Assembly: GCA_965243025.1 (NCBI GenBank)
Contig: CBDETY010000003.1
Coordinates: forward strand, 6,688,001 to 6,752,000
Length of the DNA stretch: 64,000 bases
Origin: Candidatus Latescibacterota bacterium
Lineage (GTDB): Bacteria; Latescibacterota; UBA2968; UBA8231
Direction: 5' to 3'
A program made the position numbers and the translations under genes. The notes under the pieces are model-generated. The model did no database searches. It was not told where the DNA came from and saw only the letters and a program-made list of their open reading frames with translations. This document shows positions 19,100 through 28,865 of this stretch, one piece after another. The first letter of the stretch is position 1. The number at the start of each line of letters is the position of its first letter.

Positions 19100-20101
19100 G
19101 TGACACTCCGCTACATCACCGCGCGTTTCGGGCAGCTGTTGCTGATCGTGTTCCTGGCGGTCAGCGTCAACTTCGCGATCCCGCGGCTGATCCCGGGCGA
19201 CCCGATCGAATCGGCGCTGGCGACGAAAATGGCCATGACCGGAACCGAGGCCGGTGACATCGCCGCCATCGCCGCCGCATACCGCGCCAAGTTCGGACTC
19301 GATCAGCCGCTGTGGAGGCAGTACCTCAACTACTGGGGCGACATACTGCGCGGCGACCTCGGGGTGTCGCTCGTCAGCTTTCCACAGACGGTCTGGTCCA
19401 AAATCCGCGACGCGCTTCCCTGGACTCTCGGACTCCTCGTCACCTCCACCCTGATTGCTTTCGCGGTCGGCTCGCTGATGGGGGCTTTCCTCGCCTGGCC
19501 GAAGGCCCCGTCGTGGTTGAAGGCATTCGTGCCGCCGCTGATGCTGCTCTCCGCCGTACCCTACTACCTGCTCGCCGTCATCCTGGTGTTCCTGTTCGCC
19601 CTGACCTGGCCGCTGCTGCCGGCTTCGGGCGGGTTCAGCCCGATCTCGGTGCCGGGGTACGACTGGAGATCCGCCCTCGACATCCTCTCCCACTCGCTGC
19701 TTCCCGGGCTCTCGATCGCCCTCGGGGGGATCGGGTTCTGGGCCCTGGGAATGCGCGCCCTGATGGTTTCGGTTCTCGGTGAGGACTACATCACCTTCGC
19801 CGAGGCCAAGGGGCTGCCGGCGAGGCGCATCTTCTTTCGCTACGCCATGCGCAACGCCATCCTGCCGCAGGTCACCGCCCTGGCCCTGGCCATGGGTTTC
19901 GTGCTCTCCGGATCGGTGCTGGTCGAGGTGGTATTCAGCTACCCCGGCCTGGGAAAACTCCTGTTCGGGGCGATCGCGGGAAAGGACTACTTCGCGATCC
20001 AGGGGATCGTCCTGTTTCTCATCCTGACGCTCGCAGGGGCCCTGTTCGCGGTGGACCTCGTGTACCCGCTGATAGACCCCCGGATCAAGTACGGCGAATG
20101 A
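19100..20101 (+). CDS. Dpp/Opp-type ABC permease (DppB-like)
   Basis: PRLIPGDP, FGLDQPLWRQY, GDLGVS, EDYITFAEAKGL and VEVVFSYPGLG. Confidence 0.92.
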   Translation: MTLRYITARFGQLLLIVFLAVSVNFAIPRLIPGDPIESALATKMAMTGTEAGDIAAIAAAYRAKFGLDQPLWRQYLNYWGDILRGDLGVSLVSFPQTVWSKIRDALPWTLGLLVTSTLIAFAVGSLMGAFLAWPKAPSWLKAFVPPLMLLSAVPYYLLAVILVFLFALTWPLLPASGGFSPISVPGYDWRSALDILSHSLLPGLSIALGGIGFWALGMRALMVSVLGEDYITFAEAKGLPARRIFFRYAMRNAILPQVTALALAMGFVLSGSVLVEVVFSYPGLGKLLFGAIAGKDYFAIQGIVLFLILTLAGALFAVDLVYPLIDPRIKYGE

Positions 20102-20961
20102 ACGCGGCCGCCGCAGTCGGAAAACTGGTCCGCAGCCCGCGCATGAGCGGAAGCCTCGTGGCCGGCGCAGCGATCATGGGGACCGTCGTCGCCTTCAGCC
20201 TGCTCGGGCCGCTTCTCGTCGACCTGGAGAATGCGGACGTCGGGGCGGCGAACCCGAGGATGCCCCCCTCGGGGGAGCACTGGCTCGGCTCGGACGTGCA
20301 CGGCCGCGACCTGTTCACCACCCTTGTCCTCGGCACGCCCCAGACGTTGAAGATCGGCCTGATCGCCGGGGCGGCGGGGACCGGCCTCGGCCTCGTGCTG
20401 GGTCTGCTGGCCGGATACTTCGGCGGCCTCGTCGACAGCGCGATCCGCGTCGTCTCCGACTCTTTGCTGACGGTTCCCACGCTGGCGATTCTTATCGTCA
20501 TCGCCGCCAGCGTCAGCGAGATGTCGGTCGAGCTGATGGGCCTCACGGTGGCGGCCCTCGCCTGGATGTGGCCGACGCGCACGATCCGCTCGCAGCTTCT
20601 CAGCATCCGCGAGCGCCCCTACGTCGAGGTTGCCCGGGTCAACGGCCAGGGGGAGCTCGAGATCCTCTTCCGGGAGGTCATGCCCAACCTGCTTCCCTAC
20701 ATCGCCGCCAGCTTCGTCGGCGCCGTGGGCTCCGGCATCCTCGCCGCCATCGGCCTGGAGGCGCTCGGACTGGGGCCCAATCACCTGTTCACTCTCGGCA
20801 CCTCGATCTACTGGTCGCAGAAGTTCACCGCGGTCCTGCGCGGGCTCTGGTGGTGGTGGGCGCCCCCGATCGCGATGATCGCCCTGATCTTCGTCGGGCT
20901 GATGCTGCTTTCGGCCGGTCTCGACCGGATCGCCAATCCGCGCTTGCGCACGAGGACATGA
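20098..20961 (+). CDS. Dpp/Opp-type ABC permease (DppC-like)
   Basis: PPSGEHWLGSDVHGRD, ERPYVEVARVNG and NPRLR. ATGA overlap with the upstream gene. Confidence 0.92.
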   Translation: MNAAAAVGKLVRSPRMSGSLVAGAAIMGTVVAFSLLGPLLVDLENADVGAANPRMPPSGEHWLGSDVHGRDLFTTLVLGTPQTLKIGLIAGAAGTGLGLVLGLLAGYFGGLVDSAIRVVSDSLLTVPTLAILIVIAASVSEMSVELMGLTVAALAWMWPTRTIRSQLLSIRERPYVEVARVNGQGELEILFREVMPNLLPYIAASFVGAVGSGILAAIGLEALGLGPNHLFTLGTSIYWSQKFTAVLRGLWWWWAPPIAMIALIFVGLMLLSAGLDRIANPRLRTRT

Positions 20962-21986
20962 ACGGCCCCGGGACAGCCGCTGCGCGGCAGGTGCTGCGGG
21001 TCGCAGACCTCAGCGTCCACTACGATACCCCGGAGGGTCCGGTCAAGGCGGTGCAGGAGGTATCCTTCACCCTGAACGCCGGAGAGCGGCTCGCCCTGGT
21101 GGGAGAGTCGGGCTCGGGCAAGACGACCCTGGCGACGGCGCTGCTCAACCTGACCAGACCGCCGGGGCGGGTGGTATCCGGGGAGATCCTGCTCGACGGC
21201 CGCGGCCTCACCGGCATGGGCGAACGCGAGATGCGCGCCCTGCGGCTGTCGCAGATCGCGCTCATTCCCCAGGGTGCGATGAACGCCCTCAACCCGGTGA
21301 TGCGGATCGGGGAGCAGATCCTCGACGGCATCACCGCCCACGAGGGCAGGCAGGCCGGCGGGGAAGCCTCCGCCCGCGTCGATTCGCTGCTGCGCAGCGT
21401 CGGGCTGCACCCGGAAGTCGCCTCGCACTTTCCCCACGAGCTCAGCGGCGGCATGAAACAGCGGGTGGTGATCGCCATCGCCACCGCCCTGGAGCCGAAG
21501 GTGATCCTGGCGGACGAGCCCACGAGCGCCCTCGACGTCGTCGTGCAACGGCAGGTCGTCGAAACCCTGGTGGCGGTACAGGAGCGGATCGGGGCCGCGG
21601 TGATCCTGATCGGCCACGACATGGGGCTGGTGGCCCAGTTCGCCCAACGCGTCGGCCTGATGTACGCCGGCCGCCTGATCGAGATGGGAGGGGTGGAAGA
21701 GCTTTACCGGGAACCGCGCCACCCGTACACCCGCATGCTGATCGAAAGTCTGCCGAGCCTCGAATCGAAGCGGGAGTTCACGGGTATTCCCGGGCTCCCC
21801 CCGGAGCTGCTCGACCAGCCCCCCGGGTGCGCCTTTCGACCGCGCTGCCCGCACGCATTCGAGCCCTGCGGCGTCGAGACTCCGGCGTTCGCGGAGGTCG
21901 GACCGGGCCGCTCGGCCGCCTGCCACCTGAACCCCGGCAGCGGCCCGCTGCCGGCCCCCCCGGCCTCCGGGGAGGGAAAGCGGTGA
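20958..21986 (+). CDS. Dpp/Opp-type ABC ATP-binding protein (DppD-like)
   Basis: Walker A GESGSGKT, FPHELSGGMKQR, ADEPTSALD, HPYT and a C-terminal Cys motif. Confidence 0.93.
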   Translation: MNGPGTAAARQVLRVADLSVHYDTPEGPVKAVQEVSFTLNAGERLALVGESGSGKTTLATALLNLTRPPGRVVSGEILLDGRGLTGMGEREMRALRLSQIALIPQGAMNALNPVMRIGEQILDGITAHEGRQAGGEASARVDSLLRSVGLHPEVASHFPHELSGGMKQRVVIAIATALEPKVILADEPTSALDVVVQRQVVETLVAVQERIGAAVILIGHDMGLVAQFAQRVGLMYAGRLIEMGGVEELYREPRHPYTRMLIESLPSLESKREFTGIPGLPPELLDQPPGCAFRPRCPHAFEPCGVETPAFAEVGPGRSAACHLNPGSGPLPAPPASGEGKR

Positions 21987-23017
21987 CCCCGCTGCTCGAG
22001 CTGCGGAACGTCGCCAAGCGGTACGGCGGCGGCCTTCTGGGGGGCAGGGAGACGACCGCGGTCGAGGACCTCTCGCTGAAGATCGCCGCGGCCCCCCCCT
22101 CCATTACCGCGGTCGCCGGGGAGAGCGGCAGCGGCAAGACCACGCTGGCGCGCCTCCTGCTCGGGTTCGTCCGGCCGAGCCGCGGCGAGGTCCTCTACCG
22201 GGGCCGCGACCTCGCCGGGATGACGAAGCAGGAGCGGCGCCGGTTCCGCCGCGAGGTGCAGCCGATCTTCCAGGATCCGTACGAGGTGTTCAACCCGTTC
22301 TACCGGGTCGATCACGTGCTCGAGACGCCGGTGGCGCGCTTCGGCCTGGCCGCCTCGCGGCAGGAGGCCCGCCGGCTTGTTGGCGAGGCCCTCGAGATGG
22401 TGGGGTTGCGTCCCGCCGAAACGCTGGGGCGGTTTCCCCACCAGCTCAGCGGCGGCCAGCGGCAGCGGATAATGGTGGCGCGCGCGCTGCTGCTCGAGCC
22501 GCAACTGATTCTCGCCGACGAGCCGGTGTCGATGGTGGACGCCTCCCTGCGCGCCACGATCCTCGGCAGCCTGCGCAAGCTCAACCGCGAGCTCGGAATT
22601 TCGGTCGTCTACATCACCCACGACCTCACCACCGCCTACCAGATCAGCGAGAACATCGCCGTGATGTACCGGGGCAGCATCGTCGAGGCGGGCCCGGTCG
22701 AGCGCGTCATCGGCGACCCCCTGCACCCGTACACGCAGCTGCTCGTCGGTTCGATTCCGGTGCCCGACCCTGGCAGGCGCTGGTCGGACAGCACCCTCGA
22801 GCTCCGCAAGGAGGAGGGATCGGAGCTCGCCGGGGCCGGGCGTTCGAGCGCCGGTTGCCGTTTCGCCGATCGCTGCCCGGCGGCGATGGAGGCCTGCTGG
22901 AACGAGGTCCCTCCTCATTACCGCACCAAGGGCCGCGCCGCGGCCTGCTTTCTCTTTCGCGACGATCCCGTTCTGGAAAGCGGCGTTGCCAGCCTGTTCG
23001 AGGCCTCCGATGGGTAA
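21983..23017 (+). CDS. Dpp/Opp-type ABC ATP-binding protein (DppF-like)
   Basis: GTGA overlap. GESGSGKT, FPHQLSGGQRQR, ADEPVSMVD, HPYTQLL and GCRFADRCP. Confidence 0.93.
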   Translation: MTPLLELRNVAKRYGGGLLGGRETTAVEDLSLKIAAAPPSITAVAGESGSGKTTLARLLLGFVRPSRGEVLYRGRDLAGMTKQERRRFRREVQPIFQDPYEVFNPFYRVDHVLETPVARFGLAASRQEARRLVGEALEMVGLRPAETLGRFPHQLSGGQRQRIMVARALLLEPQLILADEPVSMVDASLRATILGSLRKLNRELGISVVYITHDLTTAYQISENIAVMYRGSIVEAGPVERVIGDPLHPYTQLLVGSIPVPDPGRRWSDSTLELRKEEGSELAGAGRSSAGCRFADRCPAAMEACWNEVPPHYRTKGRAAACFLFRDDPVLESGVASLFEASDG

Positions 23018-23897
23018 GCGGAACTCCGGCGGCGGCCCCCGCATGCAGCTGGCCCCCTACGTTTTCATTTCTCCATTCTACATCCTGTATGCCACCTTCA
23101 TGCTCTACCCGCTGGTCTCGTCTATGTGGACGAGCCTCCACTTCCAGCGCACCCTGGAATCGAGCATTTACGTCGGCCTCTTCAACTACGAGGTGCTGCT
23201 GACCGATCCGGCGTTCTGGCAGGCCCTGTTCAACACCTTCTGCTTCACCTTCGGAATACTCGTCGTCCAGATCCCCGTGGCCCTGGCGATGGCGCTGGTC
23301 GTCAACGCCGCCTTCCTGCGGGGGCGCAACTTCTTCCGCCTCTGCTTCTTCTCGCCGACCCTCGTCGGGGGGGTGTTCGTCGCCATCATCTTCCGCCAGG
23401 TCTACCACGCCGACAACGGCCTGCTGGCGATGCTGTTCGGCCGCGAGATCCCCTGGCTCGAGCACAAGTACCTGATCATGCCTTCGATCATCCTGACCAG
23501 TGTCTGGAAATCGGCCGGGTTCATAATGCTGTATTTCCTCGCCGGGCTTCAGGCGATCCGGCGAGAGCTGTACGAAGCCGCGCAGGTCGACGGGGCCGGC
23601 TGGTGGCAGAGCCTGTTCAACGTCACCCTGCCCTCCCTGAGACCGATCCTCATTTTCGTCATCGTCATCTCGGTGATCGACTCGCTGCAGCTGTTCGACA
23701 TCCCCTACGTGCTCCTGACGCCGCCCGAGGGGCCGGGAGGTTACGGCCGCACCATCGTGATGTACCTCTACCAGAAGTTCGAGACCTCCGAGCTGGGGCT
23801 GGCCTGCGCAACGGGGTGGAGCCTTGCGGTCCTGATCTTCCTCGTTACCCTGGCGCAGCTGCGCCTGCTCGGCGCCTTCCGGGAGGAGCGGCAATGA
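23010..23897 (+). CDS. Carbohydrate ABC permease (MalF/UgpA-like)
   Basis: APYVFISPF, YVGLFNY and the EAA loop LYEAAQVDGA..VTLPSLRP. Confidence 0.92.
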   Translation: MGKRNSGGGPRMQLAPYVFISPFYILYATFMLYPLVSSMWTSLHFQRTLESSIYVGLFNYEVLLTDPAFWQALFNTFCFTFGILVVQIPVALAMALVVNAAFLRGRNFFRLCFFSPTLVGGVFVAIIFRQVYHADNGLLAMLFGREIPWLEHKYLIMPSIILTSVWKSAGFIMLYFLAGLQAIRRELYEAAQVDGAGWWQSLFNVTLPSLRPILIFVIVISVIDSLQLFDIPYVLLTPPEGPGGYGRTIVMYLYQKFETSELGLACATGWSLAVLIFLVTLAQLRLLGAFREERQ

Positions 23898-24760
23898 ACC
23901 GGTCCGGGCTCCTCGAGACCGCGGCTTACGCCCTGCTTGCCTGTATCGCCCTGGCGATCATCACGCCTCTCGCATGGACGTTCATGTCCTCCTTCAGGCC
24001 GATAGGGGACATCTTCTCGCAGCGGCTCCCGGCTTCCTTCGACGAGTTCACGCTGGAAAACTACCGGGCCCTGTTCGAGCCGCTGGTGCGCGAGATCGCC
24101 GGCAAGGACAAGATCTTTCCACCGATTCCCTACGCGCGCTACTTCCTCAACAGCGTTTTCGTATCGACGGCGTTCACCCTGCTCGCCCTGTTCTTCGGCT
24201 CCCTGGGAGGCTTCGGTTTCTCGAAGTACGAGTTCCGGGGGAAGCGGGGGCTGTTCCTCGTGCTCATGGGCTCGATGATGATCCCCTTCCACGTCGGCCT
24301 GATCCCCCTCTACAGCCTGATCGCGCGCTTCGGATGGATCGACACCTACCAGGCGGTCATCATCCCCGGGTCGGCGAGCGCCTTCTCCATCTTTCTGATG
24401 CGCCAGTACATGGCCGGGGTCCCGGACAGCCTGATCGACTCGGCCCGCATCGACGGGAGCTCGGAGTTCGGCATCTACTGGCGCGTGGCCCTGCCGCTGC
24501 TCAGGCCGGCTCTCGGAGCCCTTACCATCCTGCTTTTCGTCGCCGGGTGGAACAACTTCCTGTGGCCCTCGATGGTGCTGCTCGACGAGCAGCGGTACAC
24601 CCTTCCGGTCGGGCTCAACTCACTGAGGGGCACGTACTGGGAGGAATACGGGGTCCTGCTCGCCGGCACCGCCCTCGCGGTCGTGCCGGTGATCCTTCTG
24701 TTCCTGTGGATGCAGAGGGAGTTCGTCGAGGGTATTACCCTGGGGGCGGTGAAAGAGTAG
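23894..24760 (+). CDS. Carbohydrate ABC permease (MalG/UgpE-like)
   Basis: TLENY, YFLNS, LIDSARIDGS, WNNFLWP and QREFVEGITLGAVK. Confidence 0.92.
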   Translation: MNRSGLLETAAYALLACIALAIITPLAWTFMSSFRPIGDIFSQRLPASFDEFTLENYRALFEPLVREIAGKDKIFPPIPYARYFLNSVFVSTAFTLLALFFGSLGGFGFSKYEFRGKRGLFLVLMGSMMIPFHVGLIPLYSLIARFGWIDTYQAVIIPGSASAFSIFLMRQYMAGVPDSLIDSARIDGSSEFGIYWRVALPLLRPALGALTILLFVAGWNNFLWPSMVLLDEQRYTLPVGLNSLRGTYWEEYGVLLAGTALAVVPVILLFLWMQREFVEGITLGAVKE

Positions 24761-24837
24761 GATCCGGTGCAGCTTCTTGACCGGCAGCCGGGTCGTGGCG
24801 ACCGTTGGGATGTTGCCGCTTGAGAATCGAGGTGCCC

Positions 24838-26931
24838 ATGAGACATTGCCAGACCTTCCGCGCGTTCGCCGCCGCGGCAATCTGCCTCCACCTCACCCTC
24901 GGGGCCGCCGGGAGCCAGGTGGATGTCTGGCAGTTCGGGGGAGCCGGGGGCTCGGCATGGGGGGACTTCACCCGCCTGAACGTCCTCGCCGACGACTTCA
25001 GCGATCCGCGCAGGCTCCAGCCCCGCGAGCTCGATCCCGAGGTGAACCTGCTGCCGCAGCTGTCCCCCTGGCATGGCCTGAAGCAGCCGATCGAGTTCGG
25101 TTACATGGAAGGCCAGCCGCGTATCTGGCGGGGCGTCAACTACCGCAAGGCGCGGCTCTTCTTTCCCCTCGACTTCATCGACGGGGATGTCGAAACCTAC
25201 GTGGTGAACCGCGACTCCCCCTGGATCTGGTGGGAATACTACACGATCGACGTCGGGGCGCGGATACCGGCCGAGCGCTTCCGCTTCTACCCGCCCGACG
25301 GCATCGATCACATCACCGATCAGCCCTACCGCCCGGGTTACACGCCCCAGCACTTCGAGCTGACGGCGAGCAACAACGCCGAGGCAATAGCGCGGGAAGG
25401 GGAGGATTTCGGAACCCCGGAGCGGCCCACCGGGGTCAGCGAGATTCACGACGTCGCGCCGAGCCTCGACGACTACCGTCCCCTCGAAACGCTGCTGTTC
25501 GAGTCCGCGCAGTACTTCTCCCCGGACGGGATCGTAAACCTCACCTTCCCCCTCGGCCACTACCGCTTCTTCCGCCTGCGCTCCTTCCCGACCGAGGAAA
25601 ACTGTTTCGAAGGCTGGACAGAGAGAAGCTGTTTCGAGACGATCGGGTTCGCGGAGATGGAGATTTACGGCCGCGGCTTCGTGCCGGAGGCTACCTGGCT
25701 GTCGACGGTGGTGGACCTCGGGGAGAGCGTCAACTTCGGAAGAGTGGTGTTCTCCGGAACCCGGCTGCGCCGCGAAAACGGCGGCCTGGTTCCCGCCCCG
25801 GAGGCCCCGGCGGTCGTCGAGGTCGAGGTCCGGGTCGGCGACGACGACACCCCGGTGGCGTATTACGGGTACAACAAGCGGGGGGCCCCGACCGAAGTCA
25901 CCAGGGACGAATACGAGAAACTCAGGGTAAACCGCCCCGAGCTCGATCCCCGCATCATCGGCTGGCGCGGGCCCCTCGGACACGACAGCGAGCGCTGGAG
26001 CTTCTGGTCGGCGCCCGCCAGGGAATCGGGAATCCGTCCCGTGGCGCGCAAGGGCCGCTATTTCCAGCTGCGGGTGCGGCTGAAGACGGACCGACTCTGG
26101 GAGTTCGTCCGCCTCGACTCGCTGGGGGTCGAGTTTTCTCCGCTGCTCGCCGACCGCGTCGTGGGGGAAATAGCTGCGGCCGACGACCTGCATCCGGCGG
26201 GAAACCTGACCAAGGTGCGGGCCGGGGAAACGGGGGAGTTCGCCTATGATCTCAGGGCGGAGTTCTCCGGCGAAGACAGGACGGGCTTCGACGCAGTGCG
26301 CGTTACCGCTCCGGCCGAGGCGGAGTTCCGCGGCCTCGAGATGGGAGATCCGCCCGCGGCAGTCGAGCCCGACGGGGTCATCCCCGAGGGTTCGGGCTTC
26401 AGTCTGCTGCTCCCGCGTCCGGTAACCGAAGGGGAGCCGCCCCTCCGCATCCGCCTGGCAACCGCCCTGTACGGGGCCTCGGGAACCTTCGGCGGTGAAG
26501 TCTACCAGCGCGACGTCGACATCCTGCCGCAGCCGATAGAGGCGGGGGACGCCAGCGAGGCCGTGGGGACGAACCGGCTGCAGCTGGTGGCCTACCCGGC
26601 TTCGCTCGGAGAGGTGCTCGGCAGCGTCGCCGTCGAGCCCCGGATCCTGACGCCGCAGGGTGACGGCGTCAACGACAAGGTGCTGATCTCCTACTCGATG
26701 CTGCGGATTCAGGAGGGAGCCGACGTCGAGGTGACCGTCTACGGGCTGAGCGGGGAGCCGGTCCGGACCATGCGGTCCCCGCAGCAGGTCGCCGGCCGGC
26801 ACTCCGTCGAGTGGGACGGCCGCGACGACCGCGGCCGCCTCGTGCCTCCGGGCACTTACGTCGCCAGCATCAGGGTAGCGACCAGCGAAGGGGATTTCGG
26901 GAGCATCCACCCGGTGGCGGTCGCCTACTGA
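24838..26931 (+). CDS. Secreted protein with C-terminal FlgD-Ig-like domain, paralog 4
   Basis: GAGG RBS with ATG 24838. Signal peptide followed by QVDVWQFGG. Colinear with paralogs 1-3. LTPQGDGVND and terminal VAVAY*. Confidence 0.85.
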   Translation: MRHCQTFRAFAAAAICLHLTLGAAGSQVDVWQFGGAGGSAWGDFTRLNVLADDFSDPRRLQPRELDPEVNLLPQLSPWHGLKQPIEFGYMEGQPRIWRGVNYRKARLFFPLDFIDGDVETYVVNRDSPWIWWEYYTIDVGARIPAERFRFYPPDGIDHITDQPYRPGYTPQHFELTASNNAEAIAREGEDFGTPERPTGVSEIHDVAPSLDDYRPLETLLFESAQYFSPDGIVNLTFPLGHYRFFRLRSFPTEENCFEGWTERSCFETIGFAEMEIYGRGFVPEATWLSTVVDLGESVNFGRVVFSGTRLRRENGGLVPAPEAPAVVEVEVRVGDDDTPVAYYGYNKRGAPTEVTRDEYEKLRVNRPELDPRIIGWRGPLGHDSERWSFWSAPARESGIRPVARKGRYFQLRVRLKTDRLWEFVRLDSLGVEFSPLLADRVVGEIAAADDLHPAGNLTKVRAGETGEFAYDLRAEFSGEDRTGFDAVRVTAPAEAEFRGLEMGDPPAAVEPDGVIPEGSGFSLLLPRPVTEGEPPLRIRLATALYGASGTFGGEVYQRDVDILPQPIEAGDASEAVGTNRLQLVAYPASLGEVLGSVAVEPRILTPQGDGVNDKVLISYSMLRIQEGADVEVTVYGLSGEPVRTMRSPQQVAGRHSVEWDGRDDRGRLVPPGTYVASIRVATSEGDFGSIHPVAVAY

Positions 26932-26944
26932 GTCCCCCCCGCGA

Positions 26945-28852
26945 ATGACACCCCGGGCCCTGGTCTTAGGGCTGCTGCTCTCCTTCCTCGTCGGGGCGGC
27001 GGTTTTTTTCGAGATCTACGTCCGCGGATCGAACGCCGGCGGGGTCTTTTTCCACAGTCCCGTCGCCCTCTTCACCTTCTTTCTCCTCACCGGGGCAGGC
27101 AACGTCCTCCTCGGCGCCCTGCGCCCCGCATGGGCGCTCCGGCGCGGGGAGCTGGTCGCCGTCTTCGTCATGATGACGCTGGCCAACGCCGCCCACAACC
27201 CCGTCCACTACTGGCTGGGGGCGATCACCGGCCCTTTCTACTACGCCACGGGAGAAAACAACTGGGCCGAAGTCCTGCACCCCTACATCCCCGACTGGAT
27301 CGCACCCCGCAGCATGGCGGCCCTGCGGGCGTTCTACGAAGGCAGCGAGGGGTACTCCGGCGGGATCGACTGGAAGGTGTGGATTGGCCCCATCCTGTAC
27401 TGGCTTCCCCTTATGGCGGGGTTTCACGTCGCCTGCCTGTGCCTGATGGTGGCGCTGCGCCGCCAGTGGATGGACCGGGAGCGGCTGATATACCCACTCG
27501 TCCAGGTGCCCCTGGCGATGGTGCAGGAGGACGGCCGCAGCGGCCTCGTCAGCCCGTTCTTCCGCAGCCGGGTGATGTGGATCGGATTCTCCGTGCCGGT
27601 GGCGGTCGGGGCGGTCAGGGGCCTTCACAGCCACCTGCCGTACATCCCGACGATCGAGCTCAGCACCTCGTTCGCGCTGCTCCACGACAGCCTGACGGTG
27701 CCGGTTCACATCAGCTTCGCCACCATCGGTTTCTTCTTCTTCATCAAGCGGGAGATATCCTTCGGCCTCTGGGTGTTCTACCTGCTCAACCTCCTGCAGG
27801 AATGGGTTTACGGAGTCCTCGGGGCGGGCCTGGAAAAAGAGCCTGCGATCAGCGTCTTCAGCTACGGCGTCCACAGTCTCGTGCACCAGTCGATGGGGGC
27901 GATGATCGTGCTCGTCCTCGGCGGCCTGTTCGTCGCCAGGGGGCACCTGAAGGACGTCTTCCGCAAGGCTTTCACCGGCGCTCCCGACGTCGACGACAGC
28001 GACGAGATCATCTCCTACCGCGGCGCGGTCCTCGGCCTCTCGGCCGGGTTCGCGGTGATGATCCTGTGGCTGTGGCAATCGGGCATTCCCCTGCCGGGAG
28101 TTTTCGTCTTCCTGTTCTTCGCCTTCGTCGTCTTCACCGGTCTGACGAGGCTGGTCGCCGAGGGCGGGGTCGCCGTGATCTACACGCCGCTGGTTTCCGC
28201 GGATGCGGCCGCCTCGGCCATGGGCACCTCGTTTTTCGGTTCTTCGGGCATGACCGGCCTGATGTTCACCCGCGTCTGGTCGGGAGACATACTCAATTTC
28301 GCGATGCCGCACTGCGCCAACGGCCTCAAGCTCGGGGAGCGCGTCGCCCGCCGCAGGCGCTGGCTGTTCTTGGGGATGATACTGGCGAGCCTGGCGGGAC
28401 TGGCCGGGGCCCTGTGGATGGTGCTGACTCTCACCTACGAGTACGGAGGCATAAACCTCCGCTACTTCAACTACGTCTGGATGCCCAACTACTTCCCCGA
28501 ATACACAGCCGCCCGCATCGGCGAGTGGACGGGGCCCCACTGGTGGGGGTGGTTCCATACCGGGGCGGGGGCCATGGCGATGAGCCTGCTGATGCTGGCG
28601 CGCCGCTTCTGGTGGTGGTGGCCCCTGCACCCGATCGGGTTCCCGATCAGCTCCACTTTCAGCTGGATGGCGTTCGACGCCTTCCTCGCCTGGGGGTTCA
28701 AGGGAATCCTCCTCAAGTACGGAGGACCGCCGCTGTACGCAGCGGTGCGCCCCTTCTTTCTCGGACTGATAACCGGCCAGTTCGCCATCTGCGGCATCTT
28801 CTGGATCATCGACACCCTGCTCGGGCACCAGGGCAACCTGGTCTTCAGATGA
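26945..28852 (+). CDS. Multi-pass membrane protein, DUF6785/DUF6784-like putative transporter, copy A
   Basis: Many TM segments. Motifs RRQWMDRERLIYPL, RLVAEGG, WWPLHPIG and KYGGPPLY..RPFFLGLI. Family name is recalled and needs HMM confirmation. Confidence 0.8.
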   Translation: MTPRALVLGLLLSFLVGAAVFFEIYVRGSNAGGVFFHSPVALFTFFLLTGAGNVLLGALRPAWALRRGELVAVFVMMTLANAAHNPVHYWLGAITGPFYYATGENNWAEVLHPYIPDWIAPRSMAALRAFYEGSEGYSGGIDWKVWIGPILYWLPLMAGFHVACLCLMVALRRQWMDRERLIYPLVQVPLAMVQEDGRSGLVSPFFRSRVMWIGFSVPVAVGAVRGLHSHLPYIPTIELSTSFALLHDSLTVPVHISFATIGFFFFIKREISFGLWVFYLLNLLQEWVYGVLGAGLEKEPAISVFSYGVHSLVHQSMGAMIVLVLGGLFVARGHLKDVFRKAFTGAPDVDDSDEIISYRGAVLGLSAGFAVMILWLWQSGIPLPGVFVFLFFAFVVFTGLTRLVAEGGVAVIYTPLVSADAAASAMGTSFFGSSGMTGLMFTRVWSGDILNFAMPHCANGLKLGERVARRRRWLFLGMILASLAGLAGALWMVLTLTYEYGGINLRYFNYVWMPNYFPEYTAARIGEWTGPHWWGWFHTGAGAMAMSLLMLARRFWWWWPLHPIGFPISSTFSWMAFDAFLAWGFKGILLKYGGPPLYAAVRPFFLGLITGQFAICGIFWIIDTLLGHQGNLVFR

Positions 28853-28865
28853 TTCCCGAGGCGCC

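Noticed and set aside
8209-26931. Diversity-generating retroelement or CRISPR as the source of repeats and variable loops
   Set aside because: No reverse transcriptase, no TR/VR pair with adenine-specific differences, no regularly spaced short repeats and no cas genes. The repeats are gene paralogy.
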